64,000 bases of DNA from Myxococcota bacterium (lineage in GTDB: Bacteria; Myxococcota_A; UBA796; SXON01), in assembly GCA_040386535.1 (NCBI GenBank), contig JAZKFH010000015.1, positions 252,800 to 316,799 of the forward strand. The letters run 5' to 3'. The notes below the pieces were generated by a model, which saw only the letters and a program-made list of their open reading frames with translations, was not told the origin of the DNA and searched no databases. Position 1 is the stretch's first letter. Every line of letters starts with the position of its first letter. A program made the translations under genes and the position numbers. Shown here one piece after another: positions 27,737 through 37,204 of the stretch.

Positions 27737-29962
27737 CTACTCCCCGAGCAGGTCCGCCGGATCGCCGCTCAACAGGTAGGTCCATCCCAGGGTGGGCAAG
27801 GCGCTCCACGCCCACAGGGTGCCGTCCGCCTCGAGGTGGCCCGCCTCGGGGTTCCCGGCGACGGCGGCGAGCACGTCGGGATGCGAGAACGGCGGCGCCT
27901 TCCAGTCCCGCACGTGGCGGGCCTGGTCGCGCAGGCTGGAGCGCACGACCACGCGGCCCTCACTGTCCACCAACCACGCCTCCGCGTTGCCGGGCAGGCC
28001 CGAGGGGGAGAGGTACGTGTCGATGAGGTAGCCCACGGTGATGTCGACCGCGGCCACGCCGAGGAGCGCACCTTCGGTCGAGCGGAGCGCGCGCGTGCAC
28101 GTGACGAGCAGGCCCATGCCGCTCTCGTCCAGCGTCGCCGGCTGCCAGTGGGGCCCGACCGCCGTGACCGCGGCCTGGTACCAGGTCTGCGCGCGGGGGT
28201 CGTACTCGGGGGGGTAGACGCCGCTGCCGGGGTAGCCGACGAGGAAGCCCTCCTCCGTCGCGACGTACGACCACACGATGGGGACGCCCGTGGCCTTGAG
28301 GCGCTCCTGCCAGTCGGCGGCTTCCCCCGTGCTCCGCCGGTGCACGTCGCGGAACACCGGCCCGAGCGCCACCACCTGAGACACCCGATCGGCCACCACC
28401 TCGGGCGCCACCGGGGGGGCCAGGACGACGTCCGGGTGGAGGAGGCTGATCCGGCCGTCATAGTAGGGGGAGGGGACGAGGTCGGGCGGGCCCCGGCCGG
28501 GCAGGGAGAACGTGTCCGCCAGGAAGTACGGGCGGCGCACCGCGGGATCGGCGAGACGGGCCTCGGCGGCCGTGGCGAGGCCCTGGAGCAGCCCCTCGTA
28601 GCGGAGCAGCGACGACTCCATGCGGCGGGACTGGCCCGAGGTGGCGCCGAGCAGGAGCCCGAGGCGGGCCTCACGTTCGGCGGCCGCCTGCTGGGCGACC
28701 TCGCGCACGCCGAGCGCGGCGAGCACGCCGAGCACGCCCGTCAACACGACCAGCAGCGAGAGACCGAGCCCCACGGCGAGGGCTGTCTGGCGGTGGTGAC
28801 TGATGCGGCGCGCCAGGCCCTGGGCGAGCGTGTCGGGCTCCGCGAGCACGGCCTCGTCGCGCAGGTAGCGGCGCACGTCCTCGCCGAGCGCGGCCACGTC
28901 GGGGTAGCGGCGGGCGGGCTCGAGCTGGGTGGAGCGCCGCACGATGGCGGCCAGCTCGCGCGGCACCTTCTCGCGCGGATCCAGCGGGACCAGGGGATCC
29001 TTCTCGCCCGCGGCCGCCCGTTGGAGCACCAGCGGCGCGCCCTTCCCGCCGCGCGCGACCTTGAGCGTCACCAGCTCCGCGAGGAGGAGGCCGAGCGCGT
29101 ATTGGTCGCTCCGCCCGTCGAGCGAGTCGTTGCGCCCCTGCGCCTGCTCCGGCGACATGTACCGCGGCGTGCCGATGGCGAGCCCGAGCTGCGTTCGCTC
29201 GGCGCGTCCGCTCGGCGCGTCCACCTCAGTGATGCCCTCGCTGCCGCCGACGAGCCGGGCGATGCCCCAGTCCATCACGATGACCTCCTGGAAGGCCCCC
29301 ACCATGATGTTGTCGGGCTTCAGGTCGCGGTGGATGACGCCGCGGGTGTGCGCGTGCGCCACGGCGCTGCAGACCTGGAGGAAGATGTCGAGCCGCGCGG
29401 GCAGCGCGAGCTCCGTCGGGATGCGCTTCCGCTTCTCCGTGAGCGCCCGGACCTCGCCGAGGACCTGCTTGAGCGTCCGCCCGCGGATGAGCTTCATCGA
29501 GTAGGCGTGGGCGCCGTCCGCCTGCGGCTCGAGGCCGTAGATGGGGATGATCGAGGGGTGATCGAGCTGCGCGGTGATCTGCACCTCGTGGGCGAAGCGC
29601 GTCGTGAGCACCGGGCTCTTCGCCAGCCGCGCGTCCATCCGCTTGATGGCCACGTTGCGCCGCAGGTTGGCGTCCCGGCCGATGTACACCTCGCCCATGG
29701 CGCCCTTGCCGAGCAGGCCGAGGAGGCGATGGGGGCTGGGCGTGGACGTGCTCGACACGCCCTCCGAGAGCGTGAGCGTCACGTCGAGCGAGGCGAGGAC
29801 CTCGCGGAGCTGGTCGGCGTCGAGGTGGCCGTCGGCGTGGAGGGCGGCCACGAAATCGTTCACGTCGCCGTCGCGGTTGCGCGCCACGAAGCGTCGCCAC
29901 GCCACGTCCACCTGCCCGGAGAGCGAGGGGGGGAGCAGGGACTTGAGGCGCGCGAGGTCCAT
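27737..29962 (-). CDS. Membrane Ser/Thr kinase with extracytoplasmic dCache-like sensor
   Basis: LGKGAMGEV, VAIK, HRDLKPDN, DWG, GTPRYMSPE; one TM; YDPRAQTWY and GVAAVDI Cache motifs. Confidence 0.9.
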   Translation of the reverse strand: MDLARLKSLLPPSLSGQVDVAWRRFVARNRDGDVNDFVAALHADGHLDADQLREVLASLDVTLTLSEGVSSTSTPSPHRLLGLLGKGAMGEVYIGRDANLRRNVAIKRMDARLAKSPVLTTRFAHEVQITAQLDHPSIIPIYGLEPQADGAHAYSMKLIRGRTLKQVLGEVRALTEKRKRIPTELALPARLDIFLQVCSAVAHAHTRGVIHRDLKPDNIMVGAFQEVIVMDWGIARLVGGSEGITEVDAPSGRAERTQLGLAIGTPRYMSPEQAQGRNDSLDGRSDQYALGLLLAELVTLKVARGGKGAPLVLQRAAAGEKDPLVPLDPREKVPRELAAIVRRSTQLEPARRYPDVAALGEDVRRYLRDEAVLAEPDTLAQGLARRISHHRQTALAVGLGLSLLVVLTGVLGVLAALGVREVAQQAAAEREARLGLLLGATSGQSRRMESSLLRYEGLLQGLATAAEARLADPAVRRPYFLADTFSLPGRGPPDLVPSPYYDGRISLLHPDVVLAPPVAPEVVADRVSQVVALGPVFRDVHRRSTGEAADWQERLKATGVPIVWSYVATEEGFLVGYPGSGVYPPEYDPRAQTWYQAAVTAVGPHWQPATLDESGMGLLVTCTRALRSTEGALLGVAAVDITVGYLIDTYLSPSGLPGNAEAWLVDSEGRVVVRSSLRDQARHVRDWKAPPFSHPDVLAAVAGNPEAGHLEADGTLWAWSALPTLGWTYLLSGDPADLLGE

Positions 29963-29974
29963 CCGACGCGGAGT

Positions 29975-31810
29975 CTACTCGAAGGCGCGCCCGGGCACGC
30001 GGGCGTCTCCGGCGCGGCGGGTGACACCCTGCGCATCGAGCCACTCGAGCAGCGGGATCGCGGTGCGCCGGGAGAGCCCGGTGAGCTCCTTGAAGCCGGC
30101 GGGATCGAGCGTGGCGTGGGTGCGGAAGTGCGTCCGGACCTGCTCCACCAGCGCCGCGAGCACCGCGCCCGACCACACGCGGTCCCCGATGGGCTCGGCC
30201 TCGCCGCGCTCGCGGAGCAGGTACAGGAGCGCGTCGTAGGCGGGGTCGGGCGCGACCTCGCGCAGATCGGCGGCCCCTTCGAGGCCCGCGGCGACGAGGT
30301 GGGCGACCGCGCGCCCGCGCCAGGCTTCGTGCGCCGCCGAGAGCACCACGACATGGCCCGGCGCCCGCACGCGCCCGCCATCCGCCGCCAGCCGGCCGCT
30401 CGCGACCTCGGCGTCGAGCAGGGCCAGGTAGTCGCGCTCGCCGAGGGCCAGGAGCACGCCCGCGCGCAGGGCCTTGCGGTTGGCGCCGCTGGAGAGCGGG
30501 TGGTCCCGGTGGAAGCGGTCGACGGCCTCGCGCAGCGCGGCGCGGTGGCTGTCGGCGACCTCGGTGGCGAACCAGCGCTCGCCGATCCGGGCGCCGTGCG
30601 GCGCGCCGAGGCGCGCGACGACCTCGGCCTCCGAGAGGCCCGCGGGACCGGCCCGGAGGAGCCACGCCTCCTCGTCGCCCGCCTCGATCCGATCGAGCAT
30701 GGCGGCCGTGCGCGCGGCGTCCTTGCGCCGGGCGACGTTGGCGTACGGATCGAGGATCACGCCGCCGCCGACCGTGGCCGCGGGGGAGGCGCGGCGCGCG
30801 ACGAAGCGATCGCCCGCGACGCAGGGGAGGGGCTCGCCGAGGCGGAGCTGCACGTGGCAGGTCTCGCCGGGCACGAGGCCCTCGGCGTCGAGCGGGACCA
30901 CGCGCGCCTCGACCTCGCGCGTGCCGAGCAGGATCGTCAGGCGCGCCTCCTCCGCGAACAGCGGCGCGTCGGGGAGGTGGGTGTAGCGGGCGTCGAGGAC
31001 GAGCGGCGCGGGGAGCGTGCCCGGCGCGCAGATCCAGCTTCCCCGGCCCACCTCGTGGAGCTCCACCCCCGCGAGGTTCAGCGCGGTGCGCGCGCCCGCG
31101 TGCACCTCGGGGACGGAGGCGCCGTGCACCTGCACCCCGCGCACGCGCGCACGCCGCCCGCCCGGCTGGATCTCGATCTCGGCGCCGTCCACGAGGCGGC
31201 CCGACCACGCCGTGCCGGTCACCACCGTGCCGAAGCCCTTGCGCGCGAACGCGCGGTCGACCGGGAGGCGGAAGGGGCGGTCGGTCGCGCGGGGCGGCGG
31301 CGAGATCGCGTCGAGCGCGGCGACCAGCGCGTCGAGGCCCATGCCCGTCACCGCGCTGGTGGCGAGCACCGGCGCGCCCTCGAGGAAGGTGCCGCGCACC
31401 TGCTCGCCGATCTCCTCGACACACAAGGAGAGCAGCTCCGGGTCGACCAAATCGGCCATCGTGACCGCGACGATGCCCGCGCGCACCCCGAGCAGGCCGA
31501 GGATGTCGAGGTGCTCGCGCGTCTGCGGCATCACCCCCTCGACCCCGCTCACGCACAACACCACCGCGTCCAGGCCGCTGGCGCCCGCGATCATCGTGCG
31601 GACGAGGCGCTCGTGGCCCGGCACGTCGACCAGGCCGGCGACACGGCCGCTCGGCAAGGAGAGCGGGGTGAAGCCGAGCGCGATCGTGATGCCCCGCTGC
31701 TTCTCCTCGGGCAGGCGATCCAGGTCCACCCCGGTGAGCGCCTTGACGAGCGAGGTCTTGCCGTGGTCCACGTGGCCCGCGGTCCCGAACACGAGTGGCG
31801 CCAGTGACAT
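29975..31810 (-). CDS. selB: Selenocysteine-specific elongation factor
   Basis: GTAGHVDHGKT, RLPEEKQRGITI, DVPGHE, MPQTREH, DRAF..KGFGTVVTGT; C-terminal GLSRRTAIPLLEWLD winged helix. Confidence 0.95.
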   Translation of the reverse strand: MSLAPLVFGTAGHVDHGKTSLVKALTGVDLDRLPEEKQRGITIALGFTPLSLPSGRVAGLVDVPGHERLVRTMIAGASGLDAVVLCVSGVEGVMPQTREHLDILGLLGVRAGIVAVTMADLVDPELLSLCVEEIGEQVRGTFLEGAPVLATSAVTGMGLDALVAALDAISPPPRATDRPFRLPVDRAFARKGFGTVVTGTAWSGRLVDGAEIEIQPGGRRARVRGVQVHGASVPEVHAGARTALNLAGVELHEVGRGSWICAPGTLPAPLVLDARYTHLPDAPLFAEEARLTILLGTREVEARVVPLDAEGLVPGETCHVQLRLGEPLPCVAGDRFVARRASPAATVGGGVILDPYANVARRKDAARTAAMLDRIEAGDEEAWLLRAGPAGLSEAEVVARLGAPHGARIGERWFATEVADSHRAALREAVDRFHRDHPLSSGANRKALRAGVLLALGERDYLALLDAEVASGRLAADGGRVRAPGHVVVLSAAHEAWRGRAVAHLVAAGLEGAADLREVAPDPAYDALLYLLRERGEAEPIGDRVWSGAVLAALVEQVRTHFRTHATLDPAGFKELTGLSRRTAIPLLEWLDAQGVTRRAGDARVPGRAFE

Positions 31811-31886
31811 GCCGCGAGCCTAACCGCGCCGTCCGTCGCGCACGGAGCGCCACGCGGGCACCCGCACTTGCGGTACCATCGGGCCC

Positions 31887-32561
31887 ATGTGGGTGGACTG
31901 TCCGGAGTGTGGCGCCGGCCTGGAGGGCATCTCGGGCGCGGAGAATGTCTGCCCCGCGTGCATGACGCCGTTTCTCGTGCCCGCGAGCGCCCGCGCCGTG
32001 CGCGCCTTCGACGTGCAGCCGCCGGGCGACTCGGTGCTCCACAACCTGTCCCGCTACGCAATCCGCGAGGCGATCTACGTCGGGCGGTTCACCGCCTCCG
32101 CGCGCGTGCGGCCGGCGAGCCGGGAGGAGGGCGCGCACGCCTCCTCTGCCGCACCCTCGGTCGCGTGGGAGCTCATCGGCGGCTACCCGGAGTTCGCGTC
32201 CGTGTTCCGGCTCCTCGGCGGGGATCTCGCGCCCATGGCCGGCACCCGCAAGCTGGCGGGCTGGAAACAATCCGGCGCCGCGGAAGCGTCGAGCCCGCGT
32301 GTCCCCCGGGTGGCGGTCGAGGAGGCCACGCTCGACGCCGACGCGATCCCCGCGCTCGAGGCGACGCCGATGCTCCCCACGCAGCGCACGTTGCCGGCGC
32401 GCGTCTCGACCGTCTCCTCCGTCGGCGCCGTGCCAGCGCGCGTCACGCCGCCGTCCGCGCGTCCGCCCCCGGCCGCTACGCCGGCTTCAGTGACCGCGCT
32501 CTACCTGATCTGTGGGCTGATCCTGGCCGCCCTTCTCGCCGCCGTCCTGCTCCTCCGCTGA
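31887..32561 (+). CDS. Zinc-ribbon protein with C-terminal membrane anchor
   Basis: CPEC..CPAC, Pro/Ala-rich linker, terminal hydrophobic helix. Confidence 0.7.
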   Translation: MWVDCPECGAGLEGISGAENVCPACMTPFLVPASARAVRAFDVQPPGDSVLHNLSRYAIREAIYVGRFTASARVRPASREEGAHASSAAPSVAWELIGGYPEFASVFRLLGGDLAPMAGTRKLAGWKQSGAAEASSPRVPRVAVEEATLDADAIPALEATPMLPTQRTLPARVSTVSSVGAVPARVTPPSARPPPAATPASVTALYLICGLILAALLAAVLLLR

Positions 32562-33506
32562 GCCCGTGAGGCGGCGGAAGACCTCCTCCAACGTCGAGCG
32601 CTCCTTCGTGAGCTCCCACACGCGGAGCCCCTGCGCCACAGCGAGGTCGAACAGCTCCTTGCGCACGTCGTTCGCGGCGAGCACCTCGAAGGACTGCTGC
32701 GTCGGGTCCTCCGCGGTCTGCTCGGTCACCCGCGTGACCCCCGGAAGCGCCGCCACGAGCGCCTTGAGCGCCGGCGTGCCGAGCCGCACCGTGCCCGCCC
32801 CGAACACGACCTTCACCAGCGCGCCGCCGGCCTGGCGCGCCTGGATCTCCTCGGTGGGCGCGTCCGCCACGATCTGGCCGCGGTTGAGGATCAACACGCG
32901 ATCACAGGTGGCCTGGACCTCCTGCAGGATGTGGGTCGAGAGGATGACCGTGCGCGACCGCCCGATGCGACGGATGAGGTTGCGGATGGCCAGGATCTGG
33001 TTGGGATCGAGGCCGCTCGTCGGCTCGTCCAGGATGAGGATCGGCGGCTGGTGGAGCAGCGCCTGCGCGAGGCCGACGCGCTGCCGGTACCCTTTCGACA
33101 AGGTCCCGACGGGCTGATGGAGGCGGTCGGTGATGTCGCACTCGGCTGCCGCCCGCTCGATCGCCGTGACCCGCTCGGCCTGGGCCATGCCGCGCACGCG
33201 CCCGATGAAGTCGAGGTAGTCGAGCACGCGCATCTCGGCGTAGATCGGCGCCGACTCGGGGAGGTACCCGATGCGCCGCCGCACCTCGAGGGACTCGGTC
33301 ACCACATCGAACCCCGCCACCTTCGCCTCGCCGCCGGTGGGCGACAGGAACCCGGTGAGGATCTTCATCGTGGTCGTCTTTCCCGCGCCGTTCGGGCCGA
33401 GAAAGCCGACGATCTCGCCGGCGTTCACCGTGAAGGTCACCCCCGCGAGCGCGTGGAAGGAGCCGTATTGACGGGCCAGGGCGCGGACATCGATCATCGC
33501 GGACAT
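32487..33506 (-). CDS. ABC transporter ATP-binding protein (GldA/ABC-2-like)
   Basis: GPNGAGKTT, LSKGYRQRVGLAQA, ILDEPTSGLDP, STH, TLEEVF. Confidence 0.93.
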   Translation of the reverse strand: MSAMIDVRALARQYGSFHALAGVTFTVNAGEIVGFLGPNGAGKTTTMKILTGFLSPTGGEAKVAGFDVVTESLEVRRRIGYLPESAPIYAEMRVLDYLDFIGRVRGMAQAERVTAIERAAAECDITDRLHQPVGTLSKGYRQRVGLAQALLHQPPILILDEPTSGLDPNQILAIRNLIRRIGRSRTVILSTHILQEVQATCDRVLILNRGQIVADAPTEEIQARQAGGALVKVVFGAGTVRLGTPALKALVAALPGVTRVTEQTAEDPTQQSFEVLAANDVRKELFDLAVAQGLRVWELTKERSTLEEVFRRLTGSAEEQDGGEKGGQDQPTDQVERGH

Positions 33507-33572
33507 CCGGACGATTATCCCGGCGCTACGCGGGCGCCGCTATTCGGATTCGTCACGGAACGCCGGCCCCGG

Positions 33573-33581
33573 TGCTAAGCT
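33573..33581 (+). promoter_or_regulatory. Possible extended -10 element
   Basis: TGCTAAGCT (TGn-TAAGCT) about 20 bp upstream of ATG 33603. Confidence 0.35.
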
Positions 33582-33602
33582 GCTCGCCTCCTCGGAACGC
33601 CC

Positions 33603-34418
33603 ATGCTCGCCTCCGTTCTTCTCCTGTCCTTCCTCGCCTGCGACAGCCAGTACGTGATCGAGGAAGCCGAAGGGGAGGAGGTCGGCAAGGACGACACCGT
33701 CGCCGAAGAGGTCGACACCGCGCCCGACTACTCCGAGTACGACGGCGCCACGCTCGTCGTGACCGCCCCCGCGAGCGGCGCCTTCCTCCCCTACGGCGAG
33801 GAGTCGACCTTCTCCGCCGAGGTGCGGGACGCCGAGGGCAACGTGCTCCCGTTCGACGACATCGCGTGGTCGAGCAACGTCGACGCGGCCTGGCTCATCG
33901 CCGGCGCCGCCATCGAGGACGCCGGGCTCGACGTCGGCACCCACGCCCTCACCGCGGTGGCCGAGCTCCCCAACGGGGACCGCCTCGCCTACACCATCGG
34001 CGGCGTGCTCGTCCAGAGCGCCTATACGGGCGTCTACACCGGCACCCTCCAGGTCGACGCGACCGCCGAATACGACGGCACCTCCTACTCGGCCGGCTGC
34101 GCCGGGGCCCTGACCCTCGTGGTCGACGCGTATGGCGAGACCGCCACGGGGGACGCGGGCTGCCTGCTCTCGCTCCTCGGCTACGACCTCGACACCGCCT
34201 ACGTGTTCGACCTCACGAACGACGGCGGCACGCTCTCGGGGGACGCCGCGCTCGACCTGTCCTTCTACACGCTCGACATCGCCGCCACCGGCGAGATCAC
34301 CGAGGAGGGCACCGCCACGGTCGACTTCTCGGACGACGTGTACGGCTTCGCCCTGCTCGACGGCCACGTAGAGGTGACGCGGGTGAGCCGCGACATCTCG
34401 TCCTATACCGAGGAGTAG
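33603..34418 (+). CDS. Hypothetical acidic lipoprotein (Ig-like + beta domain)
   Basis: Lipobox FLAC; V.AP..G..W.SN.D..L.VGTH.LT pattern. Confidence 0.7.
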   Translation: MLASVLLLSFLACDSQYVIEEAEGEEVGKDDTVAEEVDTAPDYSEYDGATLVVTAPASGAFLPYGEESTFSAEVRDAEGNVLPFDDIAWSSNVDAAWLIAGAAIEDAGLDVGTHALTAVAELPNGDRLAYTIGGVLVQSAYTGVYTGTLQVDATAEYDGTSYSAGCAGALTLVVDAYGETATGDAGCLLSLLGYDLDTAYVFDLTNDGGTLSGDAALDLSFYTLDIAATGEITEEGTATVDFSDDVYGFALLDGHVEVTRVSRDISSYTEE

Positions 34419-34434
34419 CGCTCGGTCGCGCTGG

Positions 34435-35025
34435 TCACGGCGCCGGTCGGCGCACGAACAGCGGGTCCAGCCCGAAGCGCACGCCAACCTCGGCCAGCAC
34501 GTAGGCGTGCGGGCCACCGGTGTCCGGGAACACGAGCGCGTTGATGGCGGCCGTCGGCCGCAGGCCCGCGGTGTACCGGTTCTTCGGGAACGGCGGCGCG
34601 AAGTCCCAGCCGGCGCCGACCTCGAAGCCCGTGCGGTGCGTCAGGGACGCGTGCACCCCCGCGGTCACGGCGACGGGGTGGGCCAGGTAGTCCTCGATCT
34701 GGGACTCGTGGCTGTGGCTGAAGCCCAGGTGCACGTGGGGGCCGGTGCCGGTCGGGTACTGCACCACGACCCCGAGGTTGCCGATGTTGCGGACGGGCGC
34801 GCTCATCAGCGCCTCGCGGACGTAGGCCACCAGCGCCAGCGAGCGCCGCGGCTCGCGGCCGAGCCGCACGCCCACCTCGAGCCCCGCGCCACCGCCACCT
34901 TCGGGTGTGTCGTCCGCGCCCAGGCCACCGCCCACCGCGGCGCCAACCCACACCCGGGCGTCCTCGACCGGAGTCGCCACGTCGACAGGAGCCGCCGAGG
35001 CGGCCGACAAGAGCGTGAACAGCAT
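34435..35025 (-). CDS. Exported hypothetical protein, possible small outer-membrane beta-barrel
   Basis: Signal peptide and alternating amphipathic strands (LEVGVRL, FEVGAGWDF, AEVGVRF). Confidence 0.6.
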   Translation of the reverse strand: MLFTLLSAASAAPVDVATPVEDARVWVGAAVGGGLGADDTPEGGGGAGLEVGVRLGREPRRSLALVAYVREALMSAPVRNIGNLGVVVQYPTGTGPHVHLGFSHSHESQIEDYLAHPVAVTAGVHASLTHRTGFEVGAGWDFAPPFPKNRYTAGLRPTAAINALVFPDTGGPHAYVLAEVGVRFGLDPLFVRRPAP

Positions 35026-35069
35026 GGGCTCGCGCTATCACGGCGCGCCCGCCCCCCGCGCCCGTTCCG

Positions 35070-35594
35070 CTACTTCGCGTCCGTGTCCTCGGCGAACCCC
35101 GTCTCTCCCCGGCGCCCCGAGTCCGCGGTGTCCCCGTCGCGGCACTCGGCGAGGTTGGTCGGCGGCACCTCCCCGGTGTGGCGCACCCGGTCGACCCCTC
35201 GTGCGTGGCACGCCGAACACGCGGGCAGATCCCCGCTGTCGATGAGCGTGGCGTCCTCGTCGAAGTGGGCCCAGAACCAGGGGTTCACCACGTCGGGCCC
35301 CTTGCGCATCGCCACGAGCATCTTGGGCGTGCCGGCCGTGTCCTGGTAGCCCGACGCCACGAACAGGGCGCCTTCAGACCAGGGGCGGCCGGCCGCGCGA
35401 TCGGCGTCGGCCACCACGTTCTGCCAGATCTGGACGTAGGCGCCGTGGGCCCCCTCGCACGAGGGCTCCACGCCGGGCCAGTCGGTCGGGTGGGACCAGG
35501 AGACGTAGCCCGCCATCTCCGTGGCGAGCTCCGTGGCCGTGAACCCCTCCGGTTCCTTCGAACCTCCACAGGCGGCGAGCAGGACCAGGAGCAT
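35070..35594 (-). CDS. Lipoprotein cytochrome c, P460/c'-beta-like
   Basis: Lipobox LAAC; GY.SW, HG..V.IW.N, AMRK, WFWA, and a single C-terminal CSACH. Confidence 0.7.
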   Translation of the reverse strand: MLLVLLAACGGSKEPEGFTATELATEMAGYVSWSHPTDWPGVEPSCEGAHGAYVQIWQNVVADADRAAGRPWSEGALFVASGYQDTAGTPKMLVAMRKGPDVVNPWFWAHFDEDATLIDSGDLPACSACHARGVDRVRHTGEVPPTNLAECRDGDTADSGRRGETGFAEDTDAK

Positions 35595-35603
35595 CGCCGT
35601 GCT

Positions 35604-37124
35604 CTATTTCGTCGGCGCGGCGAGCGTGGCGTTCTCCCCGACGTCCTTCAGAGTGTCCTTCACGGCGTTCTTCATGTCGTCGCGCACCCAGAGCGCATAC
35701 CAGCGCCGGTGGTGCTGCCACGCGACCTCCGCCTGCGAGAAGCGCCCCTTCACCCGTGCGTCGCGGAGCAGCGTCCGCTCGGGTGCGTAGATGGTGGGCA
35801 GCTCCTCGGGGGTGGTCGCCGTGGTGACGAGGAACGCCGGCTCGTGCCCGAGCACGTAGTCGACATCGAACCGCTTCCCCGTGAGCCGCGGATCGGTGAG
35901 CGAGTAGGGGTGGATGTCGACCACGTTCACGTGGGGGCCGGCGAAGTAGGGCACCACGCCGGCGTCACGCGCGAGGAGCCACGCGCCTTCGGGCGCCACC
36001 GCGGCCACGCGCCGGCCCATCCGTTCGGCCTCGTTGTCGGGGAGCGCGGTGTTGCGCAGATCGTACCGGGCCTCGACCGCGCGCGAGGGGCCGAGCGTGA
36101 GCCAGAGGGTCCAGGCGGCGAGGGCGGGGACAGCGAGGCGACGGGCCCACGGCGCCAGGCCCTGCACGACCGGCGCCGCCGCGCACACCACGAGCGCGAT
36201 GGGCGCGAGGAACAGGCGCGCGCCCGGCATCCAGTTGTAGACGCGCATCGAGAGCAGGGTGAGCCCTGCGGCGACGGCGAGCAGCGCGTAGCGGGGGGCC
36301 CGGCGCGGCCCGAGCACCGCGGCGGCGACGAACAGGACGAGCGCCCCGGCGTACAGCGCCACGGAGCGCCGGTAGTAGGGCGTGTTCATCTCGAACATGT
36401 CGAGGAACGGCTCGCGGGCCTGCGCCGCGTACGTGTTGGGGACGAGGGTGCCGAAGTAGACGGAACGCGCGACGAAGTAGGGGACGACCACCGCGGTGAA
36501 GGCCAGGAGCGGCACGATCGCCGTCGCCACGCGGCTCCGGACGTCCCGCGGGTCCGCCACGAACGTCCGCGCCGCGAGCATCGCCGCGAGGGCCCCGCCG
36601 GCAACGAGCCCCTCGGGCCGCACCAGGTAGAGCAGGCCGCACACCACCCCCGCGAGGGCCGGGTGCGTTCCCGCGATCGTGGCCCACGCCGCGCCGAGCA
36701 GGAGCGCGACGTACAGCGCGGTCTCCAGGCCGTTGGTGGCGGCGATCCCGAACACGGGCAGCGCCGCCAGGATCGTGGTGGGGAGCAGCGCCCAGGGGGA
36801 TCCCCGCCCGCAGAGCGCGGTGCCGAGCCCCGTCGCGTTCACCAGCGCCACCGCCCCGAAGAACAGCCCCCACCCCGTCGCCCACGTCGAGGGGTGGACC
36901 GGCAGCACCGTCCCGGGGGCCATCCAGAGCACCCAGAGGAGGTTCGTGTAGCCTTCGACCGGCGGCTGGCCGGCGTTGTAGACGAGCCCGTTCCCGAGCG
37001 CGAGGTGACGCGCGTAGCGGAGCGACACGTACGCGTCGTCCACCATGGAGGGGAGGGTGGGCCAGGCCGAGGCCACGAAGACGGCGACCGCGAGGAGGGT
37101 GCCGAGGAGGAGGGTGCGGGTCAC
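35604..37124 (-). CDS. Multi-pass GT-C-type glycosyltransferase
   Basis: DDAYVSLRYARHL..GNGLVYN..VEGYTN, GLET, LVRPEG, YFG.LVPNT, DAGVVPY; many TM segments. Confidence 0.75.
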   Translation of the reverse strand: MTRTLLLGTLLAVAVFVASAWPTLPSMVDDAYVSLRYARHLALGNGLVYNAGQPPVEGYTNLLWVLWMAPGTVLPVHPSTWATGWGLFFGAVALVNATGLGTALCGRGSPWALLPTTILAALPVFGIAATNGLETALYVALLLGAAWATIAGTHPALAGVVCGLLYLVRPEGLVAGGALAAMLAARTFVADPRDVRSRVATAIVPLLAFTAVVVPYFVARSVYFGTLVPNTYAAQAREPFLDMFEMNTPYYRRSVALYAGALVLFVAAAVLGPRRAPRYALLAVAAGLTLLSMRVYNWMPGARLFLAPIALVVCAAAPVVQGLAPWARRLAVPALAAWTLWLTLGPSRAVEARYDLRNTALPDNEAERMGRRVAAVAPEGAWLLARDAGVVPYFAGPHVNVVDIHPYSLTDPRLTGKRFDVDYVLGHEPAFLVTTATTPEELPTIYAPERTLLRDARVKGRFSQAEVAWQHHRRWYALWVRDDMKNAVKDTLKDVGENATLAAPTK

Positions 37125-37204
37125 CTGCCCTTCTACCCGGTGCCGCCGTTCCCCGGGGCCGCCGGCTACCGGTGCGGGCCCGCGCGCGCTATCGGGCGCC
37201 ACCC

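Noticed and set aside
29963..31886. tRNA-Sec or a UGA-recoded selenoprotein near selB
   Set aside because: No tRNA-like sequence in the flanks, and no TGA-interrupted gene with a convincing continuation was noticed; not exhaustively tested.
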